64,000 bases of DNA from an uncultured delta proteobacterium (GCA_963794325.1 CAWCDG010000002.1:128001-192000); one strand, 5' to 3'. Shown: positions 18,238 through 29,196, counted from the stretch's first letter. Notes: generated by a model not told the origin, from the letters alone. Numbers and translations: made by a program.

Positions 18238-19029
18238 TTGTCTTTACTGTTACAGCGTTTCGTGGCAGTCTCCCGCGAACGCGCAATTTGTATGCTGCTG
18301 CAACTCACCGCTTCCGCTTATTTTGACTTCCTGCAACAATTCGCTTCGCTCGCTCGCGACCCGATCGGCTACGGCGTCGGAATCCCGCGCGGCGACGGCC
18401 GGCCAATCCTGCTGATTCCGGGATTCACTGCCGGCGACTGGTCGCTGGGCACGCTCGCGCGATGGCTCGGGCGGATCGGATACAAGCCGTACCTGTCGGG
18501 AATCGATCTCAACGTAGGATGTCCGCGGCGCAAGGTGGAACTGGTGGGATGGCGCGCCGAGAAGATCGCACGCGAGACCGGCGAGCGCGTGACGATCATC
18601 GGGCACAGCCTCGGCGGCGTGCTGGGACGCGCAATCGCCGCGTCGAATCCGGCGATCGTGCGCGAGGTGGTTGCGCTGGGATCGCCGATTCGCAACGGAT
18701 GGACCGGAGTACACGATCAAGTCCGTCCCGCGATGCAGGCGATTCAGACATTCTGGCAGACGTTTTCCAGCGCGCCTGAAAACTGCGGGACGATGGAGTG
18801 CTCGTGCGGTATCGCCGAGGCAGTGTTCGCGCCGACCCCTCCACGGGGCCGCTTCAGCTCAATCTACACTCGCCGCGACGAGATCGTGCAGTGGGAAGCG
18901 TGCATCGACGATAAAGGCGACAACTACGAAGTGTCGGGATTGCATGTGAGCTTGATCGTCAATCGCGAGGTCTATCGAATCCTCGGCGCGATCCTCGCGG
19001 GCGCCGCAGTCGAGCAAGCCGCCGCTTGA
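18238..19029 (+). CDS. Alpha/beta hydrolase (lipase/esterase-like)
   Basis: GDGRPILLIPGF, GHSLGG, LGSP, SIYTRRDEIV. Confidence 0.88.
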   Translation: MSLLLQRFVAVSRERAICMLLQLTASAYFDFLQQFASLARDPIGYGVGIPRGDGRPILLIPGFTAGDWSLGTLARWLGRIGYKPYLSGIDLNVGCPRRKVELVGWRAEKIARETGERVTIIGHSLGGVLGRAIAASNPAIVREVVALGSPIRNGWTGVHDQVRPAMQAIQTFWQTFSSAPENCGTMECSCGIAEAVFAPTPPRGRFSSIYTRRDEIVQWEACIDDKGDNYEVSGLHVSLIVNREVYRILGAILAGAAVEQAAA

Positions 19030-19089
19030 ACCTTTCCCGCCTGTAGTTAGAATCCATCTGTAGTATTCGACCGAAGAGGAGACTCCGAC

Positions 19090-19917
19090 GTGGCAGCATT
19101 TCGCGGTTTTGCCGAGAGCAGGGACGGGCTCAAGCTTCGCTACGAGATTCGAGGGGAGGGCGAGCCCGTCGCCTTAATCATGGGATTCAGCGGCTCGAGC
19201 CGGGGATGGGGTGAGTCGTTCCTCAAGCTGATGGAGCAGCGGTTCAAGATTTTCGTTATCGACAATCGCGGCACCGGCGAGAGCGACAGGGCCAACGCCG
19301 AGTTTACGCTCGGTGACCTGGCGGCGGATATCGCGGCGGTGCTGGATCATGCGAAGACGCGGCGCGCGCATATTTTTGGAATCTCGATGGGCGGGATGAT
19401 CGTGCAGGAATTCGCACTCGCGTATCCGCAGCGCACGCGCGGGCTGGTGCTCGGATGCACCAACTGCGGATCGAGTCATTCGATCCAGGCGGACCCGGCA
19501 GCGCTGGCCAAGCTGATACCCGCGCCCGGCATGGATCCAATCGAAGCGGCGCGGGGCGCATTTTCGGTGGCCTGTGGAAAGGCGTTTCTGAATTCGCAGG
19601 CGGGGCAGGCGATTCTCAATCAGGCGATCGCGGAGATGGGCAATTACCCAGTCACGCCGATGGATACATTGATGCGGCAGGGACAGGCAGTCACCAGGTT
19701 CGACAGTTTCGCGCGGCTTGGACAAATCAAGTCGCCGACACTAATTGTTCATGGGGACGATGATGCGATCGTGCCGTATCCGAACGCGGAAGTTCTTCAC
19801 GGCGCGATCGCGGGTTCGAAAATGCATACGCTCAAGTCCGCGGGGCACATGTTTTTCTGGGAAGTGCCGGACGAAACCGTGCGCGTCGCGGGAGATTTTC
19901 TGGCTGCGGTGAAGTAA
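19090..19917 (+). CDS. Alpha/beta hydrolase
   Basis: DNRGTGES, GISMGG, HGDDD, AGH; GAGGAG RBS before GTG. Confidence 0.92.
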   Translation: MAAFRGFAESRDGLKLRYEIRGEGEPVALIMGFSGSSRGWGESFLKLMEQRFKIFVIDNRGTGESDRANAEFTLGDLAADIAAVLDHAKTRRAHIFGISMGGMIVQEFALAYPQRTRGLVLGCTNCGSSHSIQADPAALAKLIPAPGMDPIEAARGAFSVACGKAFLNSQAGQAILNQAIAEMGNYPVTPMDTLMRQGQAVTRFDSFARLGQIKSPTLIVHGDDDAIVPYPNAEVLHGAIAGSKMHTLKSAGHMFFWEVPDETVRVAGDFLAAVK

Positions 19918-19934
19918 CCGCGGGGAGGCCTCAC

Positions 19935-20756
19935 ATGGCGAACTACGAAACCGTCATTTACGAAAAGGTCGAGGACAAGATCTATCGACTCACCCTGAAC
20001 CGCCCTGAAAAACTCAACGCGCTGTCGCAGAAGCTGCTCAAGGAACTCGATTCGGTGATGGACGAATACGAATCGAATGCCGAGGCGAGCGTGCTGATAA
20101 TCCGCGGCGCCGGGCGCGCGTTCTCGGCAGGCTACGATTTGCAGGGCACGCAGCATCCGGGGTCAACATTCACCGTCACCAACGATCGGATCGGCCTGCA
20201 GAAGACGATCGAGCGATGGCAGCGGCTGTGGGCGATTAACAAACCGACCATCGCGCAGGTGCATGGCTACTGCCTGGCGGGCGGCACCGAGTTCGTCGGC
20301 CATTGCGATATCGTGTTCGCCAGCGAGGATGCGCAATTTGGGCATCCGGCAGGCCGTTCCTTGGGGATACTGCCGACGATGTCGATGTGGCCAGTCCTGA
20401 TGGGTCCGCGCAAAACGAAAGAATATTTTTTCACCGGCGACTATATGTCGGCGAAAGAAGCGCTCGAATGGCATCTGGTGAATCGGGTTTTCCCGAAGGA
20501 CAAGCTCGAGGAAGAGACGATGAACTATGCGCGGCGGGTCGCGATGGTGCCGGCGGAGCTGCTGATGCTGCACAAGGCCGCGGTGAATCGGTATCTGGAT
20601 ATTATCGGGATTCGCGCGGCGGAGCAGTCGTCGGCGGACATCGACGTGATCGCGCATCAGACCGACACGGTGAAGAACTGGATGAAGGCGAGCCGCGAGA
20701 AAGGTCTCAAGGGCGCGTTGACCGACCGCGATCGTCCGTTCGCGAAGAAAGCATAG
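19935..20756 (+). CDS. Enoyl-CoA hydratase/isomerase family protein
   Basis: LNRPEKLNAL, AFSAGYDL, VHGYCLAGG. Confidence 0.93.
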   Translation: MANYETVIYEKVEDKIYRLTLNRPEKLNALSQKLLKELDSVMDEYESNAEASVLIIRGAGRAFSAGYDLQGTQHPGSTFTVTNDRIGLQKTIERWQRLWAINKPTIAQVHGYCLAGGTEFVGHCDIVFASEDAQFGHPAGRSLGILPTMSMWPVLMGPRKTKEYFFTGDYMSAKEALEWHLVNRVFPKDKLEEETMNYARRVAMVPAELLMLHKAAVNRYLDIIGIRAAEQSSADIDVIAHQTDTVKNWMKASREKGLKGALTDRDRPFAKKA

Positions 20757-20804
20757 CTACATCATCTTGGTAAGGAACCAGGCAAGCAGGAGAGCAAGGG
20801 GACA

Positions 20805-21557
20805 ATGATCAAACGTGCATTGATGGGGGCAGTTGCGTTCCTGGTAGTCGCGTGTAATTCCGGACCGTCGCAAACCCCTGATAACAGCGTCGGCGGCGCC
20901 AACGTAGTCTCGTCGAAGCAAACTCCTATGGCGAAGGAGACGACGAGTCTTTCTCTGGATTGGGGCACGAAGGCGCAAGCGGGCCAGCTCGCGATCGCCG
21001 ACGTACTTAGCTACAGCGGAAAGACACCGACCATCACCGCGCCGGCCGGTTGGCAAATGATTCGCGACGATTCTAGCAAGACGACGCGACAGTCCTTGTA
21101 TTGGCATGCAATCGCGGCGAATGAGCCGAGCTCGGCGACCTGGACGTTCAGCGAACCGGTAGATGCGCAAGGCGCGGTCGTGCTGCTCGACAATGTCGCC
21201 GCAACCGGGCCGGTGGACATGTCCAGCGGCAATAGCGGCGAAGGCGGTTTGATGACGGCCAGATCCGTCGTGACTACCAGCGACGGAGCTCTCATCCTCG
21301 CTTTCAACGCCACCGATTTCGGACGCGACCCTCGTAGCGCGTGCAAAACTTGTGACGGGCTTAATCCACCGCTGCCGGCCGACGTGACCGTGGTCCTGAA
21401 TCACGAGAACACCGCGCTCGAATATTGGATACTGGCTAACTACCAGAGTCAGATGGGGGCCACTGACGATCAAAGCAGTAACATTCCACAGGTCTTCAGG
21501 TGGGTCTCGGCGCAAGTGGCGATAAAACGCGGCGCCCAGACTTCTCCAACGCCGTAA
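20805..21557 (+). CDS. Hypothetical lipoprotein, beta-rich
   Basis: LVVAC lipobox; ITAPAGW and TWTFS motifs. Confidence 0.7.
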   Translation: MIKRALMGAVAFLVVACNSGPSQTPDNSVGGANVVSSKQTPMAKETTSLSLDWGTKAQAGQLAIADVLSYSGKTPTITAPAGWQMIRDDSSKTTRQSLYWHAIAANEPSSATWTFSEPVDAQGAVVLLDNVAATGPVDMSSGNSGEGGLMTARSVVTTSDGALILAFNATDFGRDPRSACKTCDGLNPPLPADVTVVLNHENTALEYWILANYQSQMGATDDQSSNIPQVFRWVSAQVAIKRGAQTSPTP

Positions 21558-21652
21558 TTTGTCGATCGAAAACGATACGGCGCGCTTAGGGGGAGTCACA
21601 CCAACGAAGCGATCCGAGATGAAGCGGACCGATTCGAGCGCGAGCCGCCGCC

Positions 21653-23500
21653 GTGAATAGCGCTGCGAGCGACGAAGCTCGACGCATCTTCCGTCTGGGC
21701 CGGCGAGAGTTCGTGTGGCTCATAGCCGGATCGCTGGCATTCGCGGCGGTGTTCTTTTACCCGGTCCTATGCGATGTCATCTATCTTGGGCCCGGCTTGC
21801 ATGATTGGCTGCTCGCGACACCGCATTTCAGTAACCTGACGCAGCTTCCCAACAACAACGACGCCGATCTGTTCGACCAGCTTCGCTGGGTGCCGTACTA
21901 CACACTTACGCATTTTCACCAGTGGCCGTTCTGGAATCCCTACAAATGCGGCGGGCTGTCGATGCTCGGCAATCCGGAATCGGCCATCGTCACTCCGTTT
22001 CTGCTGATATACCTCGCCGGCGGCCTGCTGGCGGGAATCTTCCTTGAAATTTATCTGCATATCGCGATTGCGTTCGCCGGTGGCTATGTGCTCGGGCGCG
22101 AGCTTGGGCTGGGCACTGTCGCATGCATCGTGTTGGCGGGAATGTTTCCTTCGAGCTCGTGGCTGCCGCTGCATATCGCGTTCGGTCATCTGAATTTTCT
22201 TTCGGCTGCGTATCTGCCGTGGATAATCGCGATGCTGTTTGCGGCTTGCCGGTTAGGGCAAGCATTTCCGGCAGCTATCGGCGGTCTGTTCTGCGCGCTG
22301 ACCCTGACCGAGGGCAACTACGCGTTCCCTTTCGCGGCATTACTGGTTGCGGTCGTCGCGACGACTCTCGCGGTGACCCGGCTTAGCGTGCGGCCGATGT
22401 TAATGGCGGCGATAATCGCGGTATTCGCGGTCACGCTTTCCGCCCTCAAATTAGTACCTGTCGAAGAGATGCTGAAGCTTCATCCGAGGGACTTCGGCGC
22501 CTCGTGGCTTACATGGACGGGAGCGATGACCTCGCTCTTCTCACGAAACCAGAGCGCTTACGCTCCGAGTCCTAGCGTATGGTACATGGTCGAGTATGGG
22601 GGCTATCTAGGTGCACCGTTTATAGCATTTGCACTCATCGGGATGGTTTCCTCGCCGCGGCGTGCTTTGCCTTTCGCAATTGGAGCGGCGGTCTTCTTTG
22701 AATTGTTCATGGGTGACACCGGGCCGCATGCGCTGGTCACCTACCTTCGTTTGCTGCCTTTGGGAAGCAACATTGGAATCTGCGGCCGCTGGGTGATTCC
22801 GCTGGTGTTCTGCGTCGGCGTACTTGCGGCGCTTGGCGCGCAATTCCTATGCGACCATTGGGGGCGATGGGGTCCGCGAGCCGCGGTCGTGATATTGACC
22901 ATCGGACTGGTCGATGCGTGGGTAGTAGGATCGCCCAACTACCGTTATCTCTTTCACTATCACTTCGATCGTCCGCCATCTTCCGGAACGTTCCGTCAGT
23001 ACTGGGTGGAAACTCCGATTACTACGACCTATATATCCCAGGCGAACATGGGTTCGGTAAACTGTCAGGGCTTCGGCTATAACGTACCCGCCAACCCCAT
23101 GCTGTTTGGGTACAACCAGCCTGGATATCAGGGTGAATATTTCCTTACAGGTAAAGGCACAATCTACCAGACTCAATGGACACCGAACCGTTTGTCGTTC
23201 GAGGTATCCGTGCCGTCGCCGACTATGCTGATAGTCAATCAGAACTTCGATATCGATTGGCGAGTGGCTTCGGGAAACGGCACGATGACCTCGGACCACG
23301 GGCGTCTCGCAATCGAGATCCCCGCGGGTCATCAGCAACTGACGATATTTTACAGGCCTCAGCACATGCTACTGGCGTTGTTGATGACCTTGGGCGGCCT
23401 GATTGCATTCATCCTCGTATGGTGGAGCGAACGTTCGCCTGCAATGCGCGGTTCAGTAGTAACCGAACAAGACGATAGCCCGCGCGCCTCGGTGCAGTGA
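21653..23500 (+). CDS. Polytopic membrane protein, YfhO/GT-C glycosyltransferase-like
   Basis: PFWNPYKCGG..LGNPES motif; many TM segments; C-terminal VNQNF..W and IPAGHQQL...YRP. Confidence 0.75.
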   Translation: MNSAASDEARRIFRLGRREFVWLIAGSLAFAAVFFYPVLCDVIYLGPGLHDWLLATPHFSNLTQLPNNNDADLFDQLRWVPYYTLTHFHQWPFWNPYKCGGLSMLGNPESAIVTPFLLIYLAGGLLAGIFLEIYLHIAIAFAGGYVLGRELGLGTVACIVLAGMFPSSSWLPLHIAFGHLNFLSAAYLPWIIAMLFAACRLGQAFPAAIGGLFCALTLTEGNYAFPFAALLVAVVATTLAVTRLSVRPMLMAAIIAVFAVTLSALKLVPVEEMLKLHPRDFGASWLTWTGAMTSLFSRNQSAYAPSPSVWYMVEYGGYLGAPFIAFALIGMVSSPRRALPFAIGAAVFFELFMGDTGPHALVTYLRLLPLGSNIGICGRWVIPLVFCVGVLAALGAQFLCDHWGRWGPRAAVVILTIGLVDAWVVGSPNYRYLFHYHFDRPPSSGTFRQYWVETPITTTYISQANMGSVNCQGFGYNVPANPMLFGYNQPGYQGEYFLTGKGTIYQTQWTPNRLSFEVSVPSPTMLIVNQNFDIDWRVASGNGTMTSDHGRLAIEIPAGHQQLTIFYRPQHMLLALLMTLGGLIAFILVWWSERSPAMRGSVVTEQDDSPRASVQ

Positions 23501-23574
23501 TCAATCTAAAGATGGTCAGGTCGCAGGTTCGGAATCGCCAAGGCTACGGAGAGCTAGCGTCAGTGCGAGTCTGA

Positions 23575-24960
23575 ATGGGATTCAAAATCGAAATTGCCGG
23601 AAGACAAATCAGACTGACCGAGTGGTGGTTGGTTGGTCTGGGATCGGTACTTTTCGCCCTTATATTTTCCTATCGCATGCTCGGACATCTCAGGACCCCG
23701 GGTCTCGCGTGGGACTGGAATGCAAATCTCGAAATGGCTTGGGCCGCATGGTACAGCGTGGTCCGGCTTCATAAGTTCCCGTTGTGGCAACCGTGGATAT
23801 GTGGAGGATACCCGATCCTGGCGCACCCGGAATCGCGCGTCCTTACTCCGTTCTTCCTGCTGACCCTGATCTTCGGCCCCGTCGTAGGACTGCACGTTGA
23901 AGTCATTGCTCACATCGCCATAGGCTGCGCCGGAGCGTACGTTCTTGCCAGGACGTTGGGCATGTCTCCGGTCGGGAGCATTGCTTGTGCGGGGACCTTT
24001 ATGGGTAGCTCCTGGTACTACCTGCACATGGCCGTGGGCCACGTAGTGTACCTGGGCTATGTGTACGCGCCATGGATTGTGGCGCTGTTTTACCTGACCT
24101 CGGGCCTGACTAAAGGCGCTAGCCCAAGGCTCAATGTTATCATGATGCTATGGGCGGCAGCCTTACTGGCTTTGGTATTTTTTGAAGGGGGTACAGTTTA
24201 CCCGCTGCCGCACATCTTCCTGGTGCTCAGTGTTCTCGCGGTATTCCTGGCGGTTCAACACCTGAGCTTTCGACCGCTTATCGCTTTGCTGGGTATCGCG
24301 ATCCTGACCGTGATTATTTCACTACCCAAGCTGATTCCCATGCTGCTTACGATAAACGCCTCAAGACCGTGGCCGCATAATGAGCTGAACCCGCTAAGTC
24401 TGATGGTGCAATTCCTTTTTTCGCGCGATCAAATGGTGGAGCGTGTTCCGATCACTCCGTGGGGATTCTGGGAATACGGCGCATACATCTGCCCTATATT
24501 CGCGGCGTTCGCTGTTGTTGGCGTGCTGTCGAACTTCCGACGTGGGTGGCTGTGGCTGATCCTATCAGGCCTGCTATTTATCACTGCTATGGGAGACGTG
24601 GGCTTTGCAATGGGACACCTGGGAGAATACACCCCCTGGGTCCAGCTCCATCGCTTGCCGCTATGGTCCGAGATGCGACTGCCCAGCCGATTCCTCATTA
24701 TGTTTACGTTCTGTATCGGCGTTCTGGCTGGATTCGGCGCCGACTGGTTGAGCAGCTTCAAGCCGGCCTTGGTGAAGACGGCGGTGATCCTTCTGATTGG
24801 CGCGGCGCTGATCGACAGCTGGCTGGTTGGTCCGCCAAACTTCCATTGGGTTCAGGAATACGCCGCCCCACCCGGAGAGTTAAACGCAACTGTATTTAGT
24901 TTGACCGACAACAATATCCCTTGCGATCAAATTAATCGGAGAGCATCTAGTTCACACTAG
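23575..24960 (+). CDS. Paralogous YfhO/GT-C-like membrane protein, probably 3'-truncated
   Basis: PLWQPWICGG..LAHPES; colinear with the upstream gene to GPPNF, then a short AT-rich tail. Confidence 0.7.
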   Translation: MGFKIEIAGRQIRLTEWWLVGLGSVLFALIFSYRMLGHLRTPGLAWDWNANLEMAWAAWYSVVRLHKFPLWQPWICGGYPILAHPESRVLTPFFLLTLIFGPVVGLHVEVIAHIAIGCAGAYVLARTLGMSPVGSIACAGTFMGSSWYYLHMAVGHVVYLGYVYAPWIVALFYLTSGLTKGASPRLNVIMMLWAAALLALVFFEGGTVYPLPHIFLVLSVLAVFLAVQHLSFRPLIALLGIAILTVIISLPKLIPMLLTINASRPWPHNELNPLSLMVQFLFSRDQMVERVPITPWGFWEYGAYICPIFAAFAVVGVLSNFRRGWLWLILSGLLFITAMGDVGFAMGHLGEYTPWVQLHRLPLWSEMRLPSRFLIMFTFCIGVLAGFGADWLSSFKPALVKTAVILLIGAALIDSWLVGPPNFHWVQEYAAPPGELNATVFSLTDNNIPCDQINRRASSSH

Positions 24961-24993
24961 TGTGATGTCGCGCAAATCACTTTAAGAACAGAG

Positions 24994-25172
24994 CCCTAAC
25001 CCCTGGCCCCTTCCCCAGGATGGGGAAGGGGATTTGAGGGGTACCGATTCCTTCACGTCCTATCCCCCTCACCCCCTTTTCAGGGTGGAAAGGGGGGAAC
25101 AGAATCAGAAAATTCACGGGAGTGTGATCATGTCCTATCCCCGTCGCCTCTTTTCCCGCGGGAAAGCGGGAA
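24994..25172. repeat. Cluster of family-E-like purine/pyrimidine hairpins
   Basis: CCCCTTCCCCAGGATGGGGAAGGGG; CCCCTTTTCAGGGTGGAAAGGGG; TTTTCCCGCGGGAAAG; GTCCTATCCCC repeated twice. Confidence 0.7.
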
Positions 25173-25182
25173 AAGAAATCAA

Positions 25183-26778
25183 CTAGAGGTGGACGGCGTC
25201 GCCGGTGCGATACATGTTGTAGTCGGGCTTTCTGACCAGACCCAGGTTGAGACGCGCGATCGCCTTGAATCTCTCTATGCTGAACAGGCGTCCGCGAGTG
25301 GCCTTCCGAATAACTTCCCAGTAATCCTTTGTAAGCGGATCCTTCAGAAGGTTTTGGCCCTGCTCTATGCTGTCTTGATAGCCCGCTGGTATCTGCCGCT
25401 CGAAATGTCCTATGCGCCAGTTGGGGTTTTCAATTGCGGGTAACCGTGCGAGGAGAGGATCGGTCAAAGCGCAGGGATCGATTATATGAACCTTAGGCGG
25501 GTTCCCCATGCCGGCGGCACCCAACCAACCACACTCGAGCTGGATGCTTACAGACATCGGGCGAGGGCTCCAGTCTGGCTGCAACACACTGTCTGCTGTT
25601 TGGCGTCTCACGTTCAAAAGTCCGCGATCAGGAAACATGAAGCCGCGTTCATCAGTGATCCCGTTCGCTGGAATTGAATGATCGGAATAAGACTGGCCGC
25701 TGAGTATCGTGGAATGAATAGAAACTGTTCCTAGAACCGCCACCACCGCGGCAATAGTCGCGAGCGCGACGCCGGTCAGCTCGGTGCGTGCGACGATCAC
25801 ACACGATGCCAAAAGCGTAACGGTAAGGAAACGGCCACTCATAAAGTCGCCGCCAATGCTGACCACATACATCAGGTAAAGGATGATTCCGGCGGCGATC
25901 GCCTTTTGCGCCACGCTTTGACGTAAGGCCAGCATTGTACCAAGTGCGGTGAAGGTCAGAGTGATGGGATCTCTCGACATCGAGTCGAAGAGATAGACAA
26001 AACCTTGCCGTATCGATTCCCCAGCCGGAATTCCGGTGCCGAGCTTCGCATAGGCAGTGTTGGGAAAAGGTGCTCCATAGTAAAAGATGCTGAACAATGT
26101 CCAAACCAATACCGGCATGGCCGCCATCAGGATCAGTCGCCCGGTAGTCCGGAAATCTTCATGCGAGTGCCAAAGGATCAGCAGACAAAATGGAGCAACC
26201 AGGAGCACCAGGTCGGGCCGACATAGATAGGTCGAACTCAATATGGTCAGGCTGAGAGTAGCGAGCCGTCGGTTGCGGGTTTCCAGATATCTGAATCCGA
26301 CCAGCAAACCGCAAATTAAAACAAAGTGTGACAAAGGGCTCTCGAGGCCGGAGGTCGAAAAGTCGACATAAGCCTTGGACAACAGAAGTGCGGTGCCAGC
26401 GAGCATCCCGGACCAGAAGTTGATCGCAATCCGCGAGATCAGAAGCCACAGAGCGCCTAGCGACAGGACGATCGACAGAATATAGGTGGCGGCGAAAATG
26501 TTTCTGAAGATCGGAGTGGTAGCTGCGATGAGCACAAACCACAGAGGGTGGGTAAAGGCCTGGACCCTTTCGTCTGCATTGAAGGTCGGGCCGTAGCCGT
26601 GAAGGAAGTTCATCACGCATCGGAGCGTGATTTCGGCGTCATCAGACATCCACGCAGTCCTGACCAGCACAGCCAGTGTCATTGCGAGGAGCGCGACGTG
26701 GATCGCGGTCTTGTCCAGTTTCCCACCAACCCCCCAAGCGGCATCCGGGGAATTGAGCTTTTCAATTGATGGTTCCAC
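25183..26778 (-). CDS. AftB-like GT-C membrane glycosyltransferase
   Basis: WMSDDAEIT, GPTFNADERV, TSGLE, RPD, PNTAYAK, GGDFMSGRF motifs. Confidence 0.8.
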   Translation of the reverse strand: MEPSIEKLNSPDAAWGVGGKLDKTAIHVALLAMTLAVLVRTAWMSDDAEITLRCVMNFLHGYGPTFNADERVQAFTHPLWFVLIAATTPIFRNIFAATYILSIVLSLGALWLLISRIAINFWSGMLAGTALLLSKAYVDFSTSGLESPLSHFVLICGLLVGFRYLETRNRRLATLSLTILSSTYLCRPDLVLLVAPFCLLILWHSHEDFRTTGRLILMAAMPVLVWTLFSIFYYGAPFPNTAYAKLGTGIPAGESIRQGFVYLFDSMSRDPITLTFTALGTMLALRQSVAQKAIAAGIILYLMYVVSIGGDFMSGRFLTVTLLASCVIVARTELTGVALATIAAVVAVLGTVSIHSTILSGQSYSDHSIPANGITDERGFMFPDRGLLNVRRQTADSVLQPDWSPRPMSVSIQLECGWLGAAGMGNPPKVHIIDPCALTDPLLARLPAIENPNWRIGHFERQIPAGYQDSIEQGQNLLKDPLTKDYWEVIRKATRGRLFSIERFKAIARLNLGLVRKPDYNMYRTGDAVHL

Positions 26779-26969
26779 GATTTGGAAGCTTATCCAGTGG
26801 GGCGCGACTCTTGAACTTTCATTCTCTCACGAGAGGAAAGCCCGAATTTGCGCTGCTGATTGCTTAAGTGAAATAGACCAGACAGTCAACGACGGGGTTC
26901 GGCAGGGGCCGCGCGGAGTCCTTAGCTCGCGACGGATGTGATATTTGTTCGTGGTCGAAATTGCGACCT

Positions 26970-27632
26970 ATGGCATCAGGGGAGAATAGCGGCGCGGACC
27001 GCAGGGTGTTGACGCGGGACCTTGTGCTCGCGTCGATCGTTGGATTTATGACGGGGGCGCTGGCGATTCCGGTTGTGATCAACCTCGCGATCGGCGCGAC
27101 CGTCAGGATCCCGCTGATGTACTTGCCGGTAGTGGGCGCCGCGCTGTTCGTATTGGCGCTGCTGGCGGCGAGTTTGATTGCCAGCCGGGTGCCCTCGTTG
27201 TTCGAATTTTCGAAATTCGCGGTGGTCGGAGTTTTGAATTCCGGCGTCGATTTCGGAATCCTGAATTTCCTGATGTTGATGACCGCCGTGTCGTCGGGCG
27301 CCGGCTTTCTCGCGTTCAAATCGATCTCGGTGACGCTGGGAGTGGCCAACAGCTATCTATGGAATAAGTACTGGACCTTCAATACGTCGAGTTCCGCGGA
27401 CGCGCGTCGCGAGTTCGTCGCCTTCATGGTAGTGACGTTGATAGCGGTCGGAGTCAACGTGGCGGGCGCCGACGTGATCGTAAACGTGATCGGCGCGCCG
27501 GCCGGATTCAGCCTCAAACTGTGGGCAAACATCGGGGCGATTTCCGGCGCGGGATTGACGCTGTTCACGAATTTCTTTGGCTATAAGTTTTTCGTATTCA
27601 GAAAACCTGCTGTGATTGCATTAGAATCCTGA
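26970..27632 (+). CDS. GtrA-family protein (putative lipid-linked sugar flippase)
   Basis: KFAVVGVLNSGVDFG, NSYLWNKYWTF, NFFGYKFFVF. Confidence 0.88.
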   Translation: MASGENSGADRRVLTRDLVLASIVGFMTGALAIPVVINLAIGATVRIPLMYLPVVGAALFVLALLAASLIASRVPSLFEFSKFAVVGVLNSGVDFGILNFLMLMTAVSSGAGFLAFKSISVTLGVANSYLWNKYWTFNTSSSADARREFVAFMVVTLIAVGVNVAGADVIVNVIGAPAGFSLKLWANIGAISGAGLTLFTNFFGYKFFVFRKPAVIALES

Positions 27633-27773
27633 ATCCGCTTTTTGCTTCCGACGCGCAATTTCAACACCTGACTAGCCAAAAGCCTCTTACGCTGGCAGAC
27701 TCAATCCGGCAAGCTAGAGGTGCCCCGCGCCGGGGCGGTAGCCGGAGACGAAGTTGCGCGAAATGGATTTTCA

Positions 27774-28403
27774 ATGCATCGGATAGCCGACCCCACACAT
27801 ATCGAGGCCGTGCTCTCCGCGTGGGGCTATCTCGGCATCTTCGTCGCCGTGTTCGTCGGCAACCTCGGCATCCCGGTGCCAGAGGAAACCGTGATGCTCG
27901 CCGCGGGATTCCTCGCGGGACAGGCGATTCTCGATCTGCGGCTCGTCTATTTGGTCGTGATCGTCAGCGCGGTCGTCGGCGACTGCTGCGGCTACCTCAT
28001 CGGGCGAACCGGCGGGCAGCGCGTGCTGATGTGGTTGGCGACAACCTTTCCGTTCATGCGCACGCGCTACGAACGGCTCCAGCTTTTCTTTCAGACTCAC
28101 GGCAGCAAAGCAGTCTTCATGGCGCGATTTATCACCGGCGTGCGATTCATGGCGGGGCCGATGGCGGGTGCGTGCGGGATGCCGTTTCTGCAGTTCCTCG
28201 GATGGAACGTACTTGGCGCGATAGTGTGGTGCTCGCTGGTGGTGACCGTCGGTTACCTGGTCGGCGACGAATTGTATCCTGCGCTGGCGATGGCGCATCA
28301 GATTTCGCGATGGATCGGCGTGGCCGGCTTGGTACTGTTGTCACTGATCCTGATCTATTGGTGGAGGGACCGCCGTCCTGCAGTGTCGAGGCCTCAACCG
28401 TAG
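27774..28403 (+). CDS. DedA-family membrane protein
   Basis: GIPVPEE, AVVGD..GY.IGR, ARFITGVR. Confidence 0.92.
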   Translation: MHRIADPTHIEAVLSAWGYLGIFVAVFVGNLGIPVPEETVMLAAGFLAGQAILDLRLVYLVVIVSAVVGDCCGYLIGRTGGQRVLMWLATTFPFMRTRYERLQLFFQTHGSKAVFMARFITGVRFMAGPMAGACGMPFLQFLGWNVLGAIVWCSLVVTVGYLVGDELYPALAMAHQISRWIGVAGLVLLSLILIYWWRDRRPAVSRPQP

Positions 28404-28428
28404 TCGCGGTCGCTCCTGCGTCGCCGTC

Positions 28429-29110
28429 GTGGGGCTGGTGCTCGCACTTACTGGATGCAAGCCAGGCACGCGTCTCAACGTGCACTATCTTCCGGACTTC
28501 GTGCCGGGATCCCAGAATATTTTTCGTCCCGCGAAAATTGCGGTGACTCCAACCGCGGGAAGTATCGGCGCGGGCGAGTACCCGGTCGGCGCGATTTATA
28601 CTGCGGACGGCACCAAGCAGACGCCACTGGCGGTTGTCGATGCGGGCCGCGTATTCAACAACGCCTTGATCAAAGGTTTGACGGATGCCGGGCTGGTGCC
28701 CGTGCCGCTCGATTCGAGTCCGGACGACGGCAAACCGCCGGAGGGATCGGATTTCATCCTCAATTCCGAGATCGAACAGCTCGAAGTGAACAAGCGATTC
28801 GGCGCGAACCAGACGATACACGGCCAGTACTTCACGATGAGCGCGGTTAGTGCGCGCGAAGTTCGAGCTCAGGAATCGCGACGGCCAGGTGATTTACTCC
28901 GGCGAGATCAGCGGGATCGAGAACGAACCGCCAAATCCGGTAGGCGCCGAGGTTTTTCTGCCACTCGAGACGGAGCCCGTCGAGTCCTTGTCGGTGGCAC
29001 TCTCGCGCGCCGTCGGCCAGCTGATGCTCCAGCCGGATTTTCGTGCCGCACTGCCGATGCGAGCGGCGGTGACGACTCCCGCATCGACGCCGCCAGCGTC
29101 GCATTCCTGA
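28429..29110 (+). CDS. Hypothetical lipoprotein; +1 frameshift near 28849
   Basis: LTGC lipobox; deleting one base joins FTMSAV to VRAKFELRNRDG (ORF 28850-29110). Confidence 0.7.
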
Positions 29111-29196
29111 AAAGTCCGCAGCGTAGGCGCGATTGGCAGTAATTGTGGCTGCTTAACCATTGCTGCCAACATGGTTGCGCGCGATAATTCGCCGCA

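Noticed and set aside
24955-24985. ACTAGTGTGATGTCGCGCAAATCAC as an IS end or CRP site
   Set aside because: No matching inverted partner found and the spacing does not fit TGTGA-N6-TCACA
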